This document shows positions 19,625 through 32,500 of a stretch of 64,000 bases of DNA, piece after piece. A program made the position numbers and the translations under genes. This stretch comes from the human T2T-CHM13v2.0 reference genome, Homo sapiens. Location: assembly GCF_009914755.1 (NCBI RefSeq), contig NC_060948.1; one strand, given 5' to 3'. The notes under the pieces are model-generated. The model was given only the letters and a program-made list of their open reading frames with translations, ran no database searches and was not told the origin of the DNA. The stretch's first letter is position 1. Each line of letters starts with the position of its first letter.

Positions 19625-21915
19625 ATCCACATTCTCATGATACTGTCTTCTAACAGAGCTTACTTGGATGCCAACACAATGCAGGCTTGTGAAGATACCC
19701 AAGCAAAGAAGGAACAGGAACTGCAAGATATCAAGTCGTAGTAAAATGAATAACTCAATTCTTACACATAAATATTTGGCAGAGTGTTTCAGCTGAAGCA
19801 TTTACAGCTCTGACAAATCATCACATGGCTGCTCTGCAGTAAACATATGTATTCCACCAAACTAATGTAAATGTTCAAATACCTCACTTTCTATCTCAAG
19901 CTACTGGGATGTATCTCCAAGGAAAACTTCCCAGTGGTTAAATCTTTTTATTCAGAAAAAATATGAGAGGTTTTAAGTTAGCAATTTTAAAAGGCAACCC
20001 TTTGTTAAAATGATTGTTCATACTCCGGAAATTTGTGGCATGTTCACATTTGTTGCTAGAGCAGTTCTATTAAGACACTCATTGGAATATGTGATGCTTC
20101 TTGATAGGGACCTGTAACATGCCAGCTTTCAAGGGATGAGACCACGAATTCACATATACGCCATCTATCCTCAAATAACTGCTATCTACATAGGAAATAA
20201 AATGGAATAGGGGTGAAGTTTCAATTCTTAGAGCTGGCATTTATTAAACTTTGCCTCAAAGATAATGTGATTTTTATGACTGACTTTTCAAATTAGCTTT
20301 TCTTCCCAAGTCCAGGCTCCCTTAATTTCCTCAGCCAATAAGAAAATATTTTTCAAAAATGCAAAAATTAGCAACAATTATGCTGACTCCACTACAGAAG
20401 AATTTGGATTCTGACTCATTGATTAGCTTTCCAAATGCAATTTTATAATCTACTCCTAACAGATCTGGATTAAGACTCATTCACAAGATTTCCAAAAGCA
20501 ATTTTTTAATAGGTTATATTCCAACAACATACTCATCCATTTTTCATTATCCTTGGGATAAAAATGTCAGCTCCATCTTAAGGAGGATATGTTTAAATTT
20601 CTAAGAATTTGTATCACAACCACAGACCCAAATATGTTTCATGTAATTTTGCTCCATAAATATTTTTCTTAAATAGAAAATGTTACTTTATTAAAATGAC
20701 CCCCCAATTTTAACCATTTCAGTGGTCTAGTTAAACAGTTTCATACCAACTCTCTAAAACCTAAATTTAAACTGACCATAGGCCACTAATCTCTTACTTT
20801 TATAGACTCGAAGACAGAATTTAAATTAGGTTTAGTATTTATTTGTTTAATCTAAATCTTAGTTTCCTGGAATAATAAAGTTTGATGTTTAGCAAGAAAA
20901 GTACTTGAGTTTAAGCCAGTTTCAATACAAGCTTGCCTTCTGCATTATTATTGAGTAGCAGACATTAAGTGACTATAGTTACTGGGTATTAGTGATGGTA
21001 AACTTTGTGTTTTTCATTATGAAATAATCTGTGTAACTGTTGGGTATATCAGTGCTTTCAAATGTGCTGCTTAGAATAGGATTAACTGTAAATTCATGTC
21101 AAGAATTAACTTGTGATTTGGCTGTTTCCTGAATTTTATAATATACATGTGCAGAAATGTATTCAAAATTGAGTAAGGAAGCACACCTCTATCAGCATGC
21201 TATTAAACTTGAACATCAAGTATCATATATCGGTAGAGTTTTGGGGGTTTTTTTATTATTTGGGATTTTTTTTTTAATTGAGAGAAGCTCTCTTCTGTGC
21301 AGAATGGCTATTTCAAAGTATCTCACTGTTTGTTTTCCTGTTCCATGACTATTTTTTCCAGCAGTGGTGATGCATTGAAGTCCAGTTTTCTAGAAGGGGA
21401 GTGTCTCAACCCTAATTTTACTTTTCTAATTCTGGTAGCTGCAGGAATTTTTGAAAGTTTTGTTTAAGTAGTCTAATATTTTTTATGTAAAGAGCATTAA
21501 ATTTTGCTGTGTATAAATTGTCATAATCTAAAAGTGAATCAACATTTTCAGTCCTTGAATCCTAGAACTTTTGGGAGGCCGAGGCATGTGGATCATGAGA
21601 TCAGGAGATTGGGCCCATCCTGACTAACACGGTAAAACGCAGTCTCTACTAAAAACACAAAAAATTAGCCGGGCGTTGTGGCAGGTGCCTGCAGTCCCAG
21701 CTACTCCAGACGCTGAGGCCAGAGGATGGCGTGAACCCGGGAGGCAAAGCTTGCAGTGAGCCAAGATTGCACCAATGCTCTCCAACCTGGGCAACAGGGC
21801 AGACTCCATCTCAAAAAAAACAAAAAAAAAGAAAAAACTTCCGTCAGTGCCCAAGTGCCAAGCGCTTCCTATAGTTCTAATCAAGCGTTACAATAAATAC
21901 TTGTAGAAAATAGTC
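19625..21915 (+). pseudogene. GPM6B: GPM6B unprocessed pseudogene, terminal exon plus 3'UTR (copy A)
   Basis: Acceptor TTTTCTAG is followed by 19625-19771 = IHILMILSSNRAYLDANTMQACEDTQAKKEQELQDIKS**NE*LNSYT*. This matches the recalled GPM6B C-terminus IHFLMILSSNWAYLKDASKMQAYQDIKAKEEQELQDIQSRSKEQLNSYT. AATAAA at ~21892; the UTR end is approximate. Confidence 0.92.
21558..21838 (+). mobile_element. AluY-like, slightly 5'-truncated, inside the GPM6BP 3'UTR
   Basis: ATGGCGTGAACCCGGGAGGC..GCTTGCAGTGAG, poly(A); absent from copy B (~40700). Confidence 0.92.
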
Positions 21916-22890
21916 AATATTTATGCATGCTTATTTTGCTGACATCCATAAGTGGAAATAGTTGTAGATGTACTAAGAGTAATGAAGTAATATTATAGCT
22001 TCATTTACTTGCCTTTTTACTATATATAAATCTATCTTTGTCCCCAGTATGGTGTCACATTTGAATAATGTGCATAGTAAAGATTTCATGTTGTTATAAA
22101 AATCAAGTCTGTGAGTGCTACTTGTTTTATTTTTGGCAAAAATCTCTTCAGCAATTTAAGAAAATATTATAATCCACTGGGCTGTATTGGGCATAAAAGT
22201 GCCACTAACACTTCTGTAGTTCTCTGTATAAAGTTATACGTTTTATGACCAGTTTTGCAACAAATAAAATCTATCTACCAGTAAGATTAACAAGGCTTAA
22301 ACTTGGGCAAAGTACAACAATAAGTTTCCCTGTGTAGTTGGTTATTTTTTCAAATCAATAGTACAAAATTCTATGGAAAGGTTTACTCAGGAATATATAA
22401 AAAAAAAAAACCTGGTTCTAACAGTTACTCTCTAGAATAGCAGAGCTAAATATGTTACTCAGGATTTTATTTAATAATCTGTTTGAACTCCTTATCTGTC
22501 AACATGATTCTAAATTTGGGTTCTCTGCATCTGACATTTCTTAGTGCCTCATAGTCTTTATCACTATTGACACATGGCCATCTCTAATTCAGGTTCTGAC
22601 TCTGGATCATCTCCTTTCATTCATGCATGGCAGGAGAAGAGTACACAGTTCAATTGGTGTACTATTTGTCACACTACATACTACCTTCTGTTTAAGTAAC
22701 AATTTGTGCAATTATTTAATTCACACAAATCAACAGAGGAAAGTGTAAGTAATAGATAGGATCACCAGAAGTCTCTAAATTGTCAAAAGTGATCTTGCCA
22801 CCTGGGAAGGAACCCTATATTTATAAACTAATGAAATACTTGAAGCCAATTCATGAAGTATTATGACCAAAGTTTCCACAATAAAGATGC

Positions 22891-23266
22891 TATCTCAGTA
22901 TCTTCCTGTTCCTATAACACAATACCTTAGACTGGGTAAGTTATGAAACCAGAAATATGTTTCTTACAGTTTTAGAGGTTGGGAAGCCCAAGGTAAAGGC
23001 ACTGGCAGGTTCAATGCCTGGCGTAGGCCTAGTTTCTGCTTCCAAGATGGTATCTTGTTGCTGTGTTCTCCAGAGAGGACAAATAAAGTATCCTTAAATG
23101 GTGGAAGGGCAAAAGGGCCCAGTTATTTCCATTAAGCCCTTTTATAGCGTTGCTAATTGCACTCTTAATTGCCTCCAGAAGCCCCCACCTTTTAATTCTA
23201 TCACACTGGAGGGTTTAACTTCCAACATATGAACTCTGGAGGGACACACACATTCAAACCACAGGT
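22891..23266 (-). mobile_element. MaLR LTR (MLT1A/MST-like), copy A
   Basis: ATAACACAATACCTTAGACTGGGTAA..TCTTACAGTT..TCTGCTTCCAAGATGG..ACATTCAAACCACAG. Confidence 0.75.
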
Positions 23267-23554
23267 ATTAAATGTAAAGATCAGAGGCAATATTGTACTA
23301 TTCATAAAGCCTAGGAATTTCTGTGTGTTTTTATGTTCCGGGAGAAAACTGAAATGTGCCGGCAAAAGATGACCTCATTTTACAGATGGCAGTCCTTCAC
23401 TGGAGAGGAAAGAAAATAGCTTAATCTTTAAAGAGTAGGCCTGGAGTTAATCAATATGATAGGTTATACTCATTTAAAATTTAGGAAATATAAGCTTAGA
23501 AAAACAGCTCTTTTTAGTGTAATGAATGAGAAATTCTGTGACTGGAGAAGCTGT

Positions 23555-23586
23555 CGAACATCTTCATTGATTCCAGAATCATCTTC
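23555..23586 (-). pseudogene. OFD1: OFD1 exon-21 5' remnant (copy A), truncated by deletion
   Basis: Minus strand reads TTTTAGAG|AAGATGATTCTGGAATCAATGAAGAT (KMILESMK), versus OFD1 KMIEESLK. Confidence 0.6.
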
Positions 23587-25594
23587 TCTAAAACAGATGG
23601 GCATGAAAGCACAAAATACACAAACACATTTATAAAACATTTTAAGTGTTTAAAAATGCAGTACTATAATTCCATCGTGTATGCCAGTGAACTAATTTTT
23701 AAAATTGGAATCATTGCTATCATCAATGGAAAACAAATAGGTCATCTCAATGAAGGAAGTGATTAATTTCCCTCAAGTGTCCTGTGCTTCAGATTTGAAT
23801 TAACCAGGAATCTAAGGAACATTCATATGTTGCTGTAATTCAAGCAAGACTTAGCAGGTCTATTAATTGGACAGATAAATTTATCTGCTAGGCCAGAATC
23901 AGAATATAGAAGGGAAGCAGAGAACCAGAGGAAGGAGGGAGGCAATGTATGCCCCTGGAAGCAACCTTGGACTGGCAGCCACCTTCACTGTTTGGTTCTT
24001 CTACAGCCAACTAGCTGACATTGACAGCCTCTTATTTCAGCTCTTTTTTAAATTTATTATTATTCTTAATTTTTTGTTTGTGTTGAAACTGAGTCTTGCA
24101 AATGGACGGCAGCCCTTCTTAGAGTTTCAGCGATTACTCTGATGTGGATCCTTTCCATATCTTTTACTCCACTCCTGATCTCTATACCTAGCCTCCCATC
24201 CACATTTCTGATAGTTTCTTTCCATACACATGTAGAAACTCCACAGCACCAGCTTCATCCCAGGAGTGATCATCCCAGTCCTTCGCTCATGAGCCATCTT
24301 CCATCCACCCAGTAACTAGCCCTGGCACATTCACACTCTCTGTCCTGTGGCTGCAAGAGGGGTCTTCCTCATCATCTGCCTGGAATACTGAAACAGCCCT
24401 GTCAAGGCTCTCTGTGAATTCAGTCTCTGCCTGTGAGAAACCTGTGGTCATCTGCACCAGGCATTCCCTGAGGGGAAGATTGTATCTCATGTACAGTGTC
24501 TCTGCTCTGGTAGAGTCCAATGCCATGGTATTCTGGGCTCTGATAATCTGCCTTTTTCTTTCCAGATTGATTTCACATAACACCACCAACATTGTACTAC
24601 AAATGTTTCATCTGTACCAACCCATTTTCTGGGGTCTGACTATGGCTGTAGCTTCCTTGCTTGGCATTTGCCTTCACTATCTCCTCAGCTGGTGACATTT
24701 CCATTCTGTCATAAAGGGTGATATGCTGTTGGAGACCAAACTGAAATTCCAACTCTTCCTTATTTCTGAAGTGAAAAGTAATCACTCCAGCACATTAATT
24801 GTGCAATATCTTGTACCTGCTTCTTGAAAATATACACATACTTGTTTCTTCTGTTTCTATCTCTTCCAGGGAAGGCCCATATTTCAACAAATTGTCTGTT
24901 CCCTCTGCATCATGGCACGGGTCCCTACATCTCAAATGTTTAAATAGACCTCATTCTCAGAAACAATTATGCTGACCTTTCTCTTCCAGTTCTACCCATA
25001 ACCTATTTTTTTATGAGTAAGCAATGCAAATATACAGAAGAATTTATAGGTTCACCAGAGGGTCATGAACCTTTTTGCTCTGCCTTGTTCTAAAGTCATC
25101 AGCAGGGACTGAGTTAGTTTCAAAAACAGGAGAAAAGCAACACAGTTTTTTCTCTGTCTCCACCCACCATCTCTTCTCAATCCTTCTCATGAAATTAAAA
25201 TACCTTAAGAGACAGTTAATCATTTCTGCAAGTAGAAAGGCAACTTTCTGTGTGCTAGAAGAACAAGAAGAAAAAAGTTACTTATAAATGAGATTGCTTT
25301 CTTATATGAAATAGTAATTTCAAGATAGTAATATTATTTAAGCACCTCTTTATTAAGGAAGAAAGGAAGCAAAACTACTTCACTGCTCTGGTTTATATTT
25401 TGTACCTACGTGGTGGAATACTGAAACCTCTTTGGACACAACGGAAAGAAATGAAGTATGTCCATTGTGCCCCTTGCATCAGAGAGAGCATATTTCAGCC
25501 TTTTCAATTTCCATTGAGGCTAGAAGAAGTGAAATGATGAATATAAAAAATTCTCAGTAACACCAATGTTACTCACTATGCTGCTTAATAATGT

Positions 25595-25601
25595 TTTTTT
25601 A

Positions 25602-25644
<43 letters not shown>

Positions 25645-25895
25645 GAATCTCACTCTTTCACCTAGGCTGGAGTGCAGTTGAGCAGTCAGCTTAATGCAAC
25701 CTCCACCCCCTGGGTTCAATTGATTCTCCTTCCTCAGCCTCACAAGTAGGTGGGATTACAAGCCCATGACACCATGCCTGGCTAATTTTTGTATTTTTAG
25801 TAGAGATGGTGTTTCACCACGTTAGCCAGGATGGTCTCAATCTCCTGACCTCATGATGCACTCATCTCAGCCTCCAAAAGAGCCACTGCACCCAG
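25595..25895 (-). mobile_element. Alu with (ATT)n tail
   Basis: (ATT)n then antisense Alu (AGGCTGGAGTGCAG..GCTAATTTTTGTATTTTTAG..GAGCCACTGCACCCAG); absent from copy B (~46530). Confidence 0.92.
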
Positions 25896-26517
25896 TAAAT
25901 AATTTCTAAATCCAGTATTATAATCTACATTCCACCTCAGAGGCAGAACACCAAGTTATTCAGTTGAATTCCTTTATCTTATTACCTTGTTTCAGTCCCT
26001 TTCCCAGGTCTGTGACAAATGGCTGCCGGTCAAAACTCCCTCTTGTAGCCATGGCCCCTACTCATCTGCTTCAGCCCAACTCTACTACAGTCTTGGGTAA
26101 TGGTTTGCTGACCATCTGCCTCAGTGTCTAGAAATTCAGGATGACACGAGCTTGGTTTGATTCACTGTTGTATGATCAGCCCCAAGGAAACTGCCCAGCA
26201 GAGACAGGCTCTAGATCAGGTCTTACAGAGTGGTTTCCAAAACGCATTTATTCTGGAATAAGCAAAATCAAACTTCTCAAAATCCCTTGCCTCTTTAAGT
26301 AATTCTATATGTTACTGAATGCCATGACTATACCCAAGAAACTGCTAACCAGACATTTTGGAAATATTTTTAAGATGTATTTCCAATGTTTGGGAGGGAG
26401 TAAGAGGTGGCTTTCCTTGAGAAAATTACTTTCATATTTGAGGATGAAATACTTTGGTCCCAAAAGAAAAGAGCCTGGCTGTTTGCTCATCCCTGAAACA
26501 AAGGACAAAGCTCCCAC

Positions 26518-29500
26518 TCTTGTGGGAATTAAGGGACAGGAGAGACCAATGGGTGGAACAGGAGGATTTTATTGGGCGTACGTTGACTTAGCGGAATAAC
26601 ATTTAAAGACTGAGCCCTGAACAAAGATAGGGCTTGACTTTCATACATGCAACTGAAGAGGGTTGGCAGCTAATGGCATGAAATCTGCAGGATGGGCAAG
26701 CAAGCTTATAGGAGTAGAATGAAGAGAGTTTTTAAAAAAAAGTGACAGGTGTTATAACTCAGGCATGTATCATGACTTTCAATAATATATGGATGGGAAA
26801 ACAGAAACCTACAAAATTTTTGTCAACTTCCAGAAGTAGTTATAAAAGTATATGTGAGAGCACATCAAAGAATAATGGTATTGGGTGAGAGTACTATAGA
26901 GGGGAAACAGATAAGAACGTGTTATTTTCACTCCTGCTCCTGGAACCCATTCTTTACAGGCCCCATCTCTGCTGATAGTGCTATCAGAGCCCCAACAGGG
27001 CCTGGCTTATCCCTGGGTTTTTGGAGTGAGTCAGCTCAGTACACAGAATATGTTTTTTTTTTTAACATTCCCTGTTTCATTTCCACCTTTCATGCTTTTT
27101 GTAAATGAGGATTAATAGAGAGAATCACCTAGTAATTCTTCAAGGGGGAGCAGTTCCCTATTTGGCAGGGGTTGATGTTTAGTTAGAGCCATTAGTTGAG
27201 TAGTCGTGTGTTTGTTTACAAGAGCCTCTATGGCTGCTTGAATGTTTTTAACAAGGAGGGTAAGAGACAAATTAGAACAAGGCAGAATCCTAGTATGGCT
27301 AGAACTATTTTTACTAAGATCTTAAATTCTTCAAAGGATGAAAACAAGCCCCCAAAGAGGGAAACTGGAGACTACCCTTTAAAAGGCTGGACTGTAACAT
27401 GGGCCAATTTTTGGATTTTGGAAGTTGTATTCTTAATGATCTTTCTAGGCAGCATTTAGTTAGATTGAACTTTCCACATACCCTTCCTTCCTGGACTAGG
27501 AAGTAGTTTAAAGACAGTCTATTTCGATGAATAGCATTCTTCATTTTTGTGGCTTGTTGGGCCTGCAGATTTAGGGTCTTTGCAGTGTTATTAGTAATAA
27601 TTTTCAGCACTGCCTGTAACCTTATGTTGTGGTAGAATATGTAAATAGGAGTGCAGTATCCCCAAATTCCATTTTCTGTCCAGGTGGCTGAGCCATGGTG
27701 TTGGAATTTTTAGGGGGTCATTAATTGTTTTACCAATTTCTTATGGTTATGTCTTTTGTTTGTTTGTTCTGTATTTGTTTTATAATAGACCGGATACCCT
27801 AAAGGTCCTCCCTGTCCTAAGGCGATTAGAAAGGAGACAGCCTAATTTTTTCCAGTACACTGGCCCCTGACCATTTAGCCAGCAATGGGCAATATGCCCA
27901 TGGCCCACAGATCCAGTAGAGCTCAGAGGGCACCTGACGGGTATTAGGAGCGTTAAGTTGGTACAAAGAATGCTTTAAAGAAGGGAATCAGGAGAATGGG
28001 CCTGGTTGGGGCAGTTTGGAATTATTTTTACCACAACATACAGTTTTTCCTACTGTTTTATTGTAATATTATTGTTCTAGGCAAGTTGACTTTCCTACTG
28101 GGCCTGTAAGGTTTTTCTCCAACAAGAAATGCATAATATTCTGATAATGGAGGTCTTTAAGAATCAGATGCTCTGGCTTGTGAACACAGGTTCAGGGGAA
28201 GAGACAGTAAGAGTGAAGTTATCTTGGGGCATTAGCTTTCTTGCCTCCCATGGCCATTGGTGTCCCATGTTGGTCCAACCACAAACATAGCATGAGGAGA
28301 TATGTAGGCTGCTGGCTATGTTTTCAGCCAGTTGAATATACATCAACTGAATAGGCTTCCATATACTTCAACTGAATAGGCTTCTGGCTAAGAGAGAGGG
28401 TTCAAACAGTTCCTGGTTGAAATTTTTACAGAATGATTTTAAAACAGAGTTTTCAGGTGTAACCATCCGAGATTTCTTGATAATATGTAAATAGGCTTTT
28501 GAGTCTGTTTTCTGGCCACTAACTTGTATTCCTAGAGGAGCCTTTAAACTTGTAGCCCATACAGCCAGATACGGTTTTAAGGTACTGAGATTTTCCAGGT
28601 AGCAAGTGCTTGCCTTACAGTTTGTTTTTGCTGTAAGTATGACTCACCCCAGTGATTGCAGGTTACAGGACTGAATTATGCAGTTCCAGCAAATTGTCTC
28701 TGAGAAACTGGCAAAGAAAGCAAGGGGTGAACATATATTTTTGTGGCAACTATTATAGTGCTCTTCAGAATTAGAGATTATGGGAAAGGTTGAGCCCATG
28801 GATGTTAACTGGCATATATTAAAGGATAAGGACATAACTCCCCAATGGGAGGATGAGACCTTGGTTTGGTGTAGCAGGTTTCCTTCTATTGACCCATGAA
28901 TTTTAAAAGAGGTCTCAGGTAGGAATTTGGGGTTATAACACATATAAGTCTAGCCATTTCCTGGGTCACAGACTGAGTAGTTTCGTTGTGAGTACAAGTT
29001 TCTAGGTGGGTCCCTGTACACTTTTAATAAGTGTGATATAACAGGGTTTTGGTTATGGTGCTCCCTGACCATATTGTTAGTGCAGTGTGGGCACTCTTCT
29101 CTGGTCTCCTTTTCTGAAACAAATAAGGGGAGTATTATAGTTAGGAGGAAAAGAAGTGGGCTTAGCTTTCCTATTGCCTGGAATAGGAAATAAGTAAAGA
29201 GTAACATGTTTATACCAGGGAGGAAAAGAAGAAGTTTTTACACAGGGGAGGAGGTTGAGCAAAGTGAGAGAACAATAGTAAAACAATGATTGGATTTAAG
29301 ATTTTTATCACTATTTTATTATATTTTACTCCAGCTTCAAACGTACGTACAGTAGTCAGCTTCCAGGATGACTACAGCAGGGCTGTTGACTCCTCAAGTT
29401 TTAGCTGAGAACAGACTAGTCAGCTTTCGGAATGACCAGAGTAGGGCTTCATCATTTCTCAGGGCAAATAGGTCATAGGATTAGCCAGCTCAGATGGTCT

Positions 29501-32500
29501 GGGTCATGTTTGCTGGTCCACTTGTCTTGGGCTGCAAGTTTTAGTTGACTGTGGTGGATCCAACGCACAATTTCTGCAATGTTAACAGCAGTGGAAGTGG
29601 ACAAGGTTGCAGGATGGGGCCCATCCCATATGGGTTCTAGAGTGGTTGGATTTTATTTCTGACCTACACAGAGTCCCCAGGTCTAAAGTGGTGTGCTGTG
29701 TTTGTTGGGCTTATGGACAATCTTTCCCATACCCAGCCATGGACCTCTTGCATGGCTCTCTTTAACGCCTGCCTTTGCCTTCTTAAAGTTAATTCCCTAG
29801 TTTGCAAAGTTCACCCCTAATTTGAGCTATGATTGGGGATGGCCAGTGGAAAATAGTCCCTGAACTGTCTCGGTCACAAATTTCAGTCCATTTTCTGACC
29901 CTAGAGTTAGAGGCATTCTCAATCTGGGGATATCGTCTCTTAACAGTACTTCTGTTACTTCTCATGATTTCTCTGTTAGGGTGGGGAAAGCCTCAACTCA
30001 TCCTGAAAAGGTACAGAAAATCACCAGTATTTACTTACAGCCCACTGATTGGGGCATCTCAGTGAAGTTTCTAAGAAGGTTTTCACAGGGTGTGGCTCCC
30101 ATTTCCTGAATTCCCAGGGGCCAAGTGGGCCCTTGTCATGGAATGTTCTGGGCACAAGTTAGACATTGTTTGCAGACAGATCAAGTGATGACAGTGAGCT
30201 GTGGCACATAGAAATGGTGTCCTAGCAGTGTTTTCAGTGACATTTTTCCCATGTGGGTTCCTTGATGGAATTGTTTTACAAATTTTGGGGCCAGCATTTC
30301 GTGGTTGGCTAGCCTCCTATTGGAGAATTTTCACCGTCCCTTTTTATATATTTTCCAGACCCTTGGGAAAAGCAGAGCTTCTCATTTGGAGGTAACTTGA
30401 AACCTCTGAGAGGTGCATATTTGGGAGGAGAGTCAGCTATGGCTGTCTGTCTGTCTATGGGTAGTCATTGCTGCCCCTTTTGCATACCTGTCTACCTTTT
30501 TGTTCCTTTTGGCCTCCAGTGATCCTGGCTTTTGGTGCCCCTTGCAGTGCATAGCAGCTGTCTTCTTTGGAGTCCATACAGCATCTAAGAGTTGCAGAAT
30601 TTTTTCTTTGTACTTTTTTTTCTTTTTGGCCCACCGCAGTTAAGAATCCTTTTTCTTTATATATAGCCCCATTATCAGGCAGCGTGGCAAAAGTATACTT
30701 GGAATCAGTATAAACATTGGCCATTTTACGTTTTGTCAGCAGAACGCTCTCATTAGGGCTATTAGCTCTGCCTTTTGGGCTGATGTTCTGGTGGGCTGAG
30801 CTTCTACCACTGAATCTAATGTTATCACTGCATACCCAGTTTCACGGACCCCTTTCAGTATATAGTATTTACCATCTGGGTCCCAGAGGGGTTGCTCTAT
30901 AAGGTCTTTCTGGCTTGAGAATACATCATCTACTGTTTCCACAGAGTCATGAAGGAGGACCCCTGGTTTGACTGGGACTAAGGTAGCCAGGTTAAGGGTG
31001 TTTATTATTTCCAAAGTTATGTCGGGATTTTTGCATATGAGCCCCTGGTACTGAGTCACTCTTGGATTTGATAACTAATAGTGCGCTGTCTAATCCATTA
31101 AAGTTAGAACTGACTGTGGTATACCCAGATGGTCAGCTGTTGTCTTAGAGCTAGTTTTCTATCTTGTTGTTCCAATAGGGTGGTGTCAGCTAGTGCCCTA
31201 AGGCAAGGAGGCTATGCTAGGGCCAAGGAGTTCAATTGTGTGGATAAGTACATCACCGGGCGAATTCATGATTTCACAACTTGGGTCAGGACACCTATAG
31301 CCAATCCCTTTTATTCATGGACATGTGGAAAGAAAGGCTTACTTATATTTGGCAGTCCTATGGCTTGGGCCTGTGTTAAGGCTTCTTTGGCTTGTTTAAA
31401 CACCTTCTTTTCCTGGACAGCCTCTCAAAGGAGGGGTTTCCTTTCCCCTCTCTTTGTGCCTTTATATAAGGGCTTGGCAATTAGTGAGAAATTTGGGACC
31501 CAGATACAGCAGAACCCTGCATTCCCCAAGAATTTTCCCATTTGGCACTGGGTGGTTTGAGTTGAGAGTGCATAAAGACATGGCTTTTGCTCACTGCTGA
31601 GCTGGTGTTCCCATTGGCTTACTATGAAGTCCAGATATTTGACACTTTCTTGGCAAATTTGGCCTTCTTTCTGAATACGTTATAACCAGTTTTCCATAAA
31701 GGAGATGGAGGAAGTCTTGGATTCCTTGGTATCTGCCCCCTGGGGTTGGGGCTGCTAGGAGAAGGTCGTTTATGTATTGTAGCAAGGTGTAGTTGTCATT
31801 TGGTGTGGTGAAGGCCTTGATGTCTGAGGCCAGTGTGTCTCCAAAGATTGTAGGAGTGTTTTTGAATCTTTGTGGGAGTCTAGTCCATGTGAGCTGCTCC
31901 CCTGTGCCTGTGACTCAATCGTCCCATTGAAATGCAAAGATGGGCTGACTAATTGGTGCCAGGCACAGATAGAAGAAAATATTCTTTAAGTCTAGTCAAG
32001 TAAATCAGGCAGCACTTGCCAGAATGAATCTTATTAGCATGTACGGATTTGGTATCACCAGGTGGAAGGTTACAGTAGCCTGGTTCATTTCATGTAAGTT
32101 TTGCACTGGTTTAGATTTACCAGACTCTGTATTTTGTTTTGGTAGCAGTGGAGTGTTCCAGGGTGACTCACACCAGACTACCAGACTAAGATTCTGTGTT
32201 TGAAGGGTCACTTTAAATGTTTGTGAATACCCCGCGTGTCTTCTCAGAGAAATAGGTATTGGTGAACCTGAACTGGAGTTGCTCCTGGTTTTAGCTTTAC
32301 TATTATCAGTGCCTGATTTACAGCCTTTACAGCCAGGCTCAGTGGGTTATTGTTAGCCCATACTCCAAAAATTTTACCCAGTAGTGTAAACACTTTCTCC
32401 AGCCCTGGCTTATGAGACAGTTCTGGTGACTGTTTTGTCTATACTCTTCATTCCTCAGCCTGCAGAATAATGAGGGTTAACACCATGACCTTTGGGTGAG

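Larger units (their letters stand above)
11755..26517. repeat. Segmental duplication copy A (GPM6BP/OFD1P block)
   Basis: Colinear with 35351-47150: 11851 TGAAGTCCTTTTTATCTGTGCCTATTGGA vs 35449; 19625 vs 38787; 26300 vs 46930. Confidence 0.95.

Noticed and set aside
27110-29110. Co-opted ERV3/syncytin-like env
   Set aside because: Multiple stops, frameshifts and an internal insertion; no long ORF.
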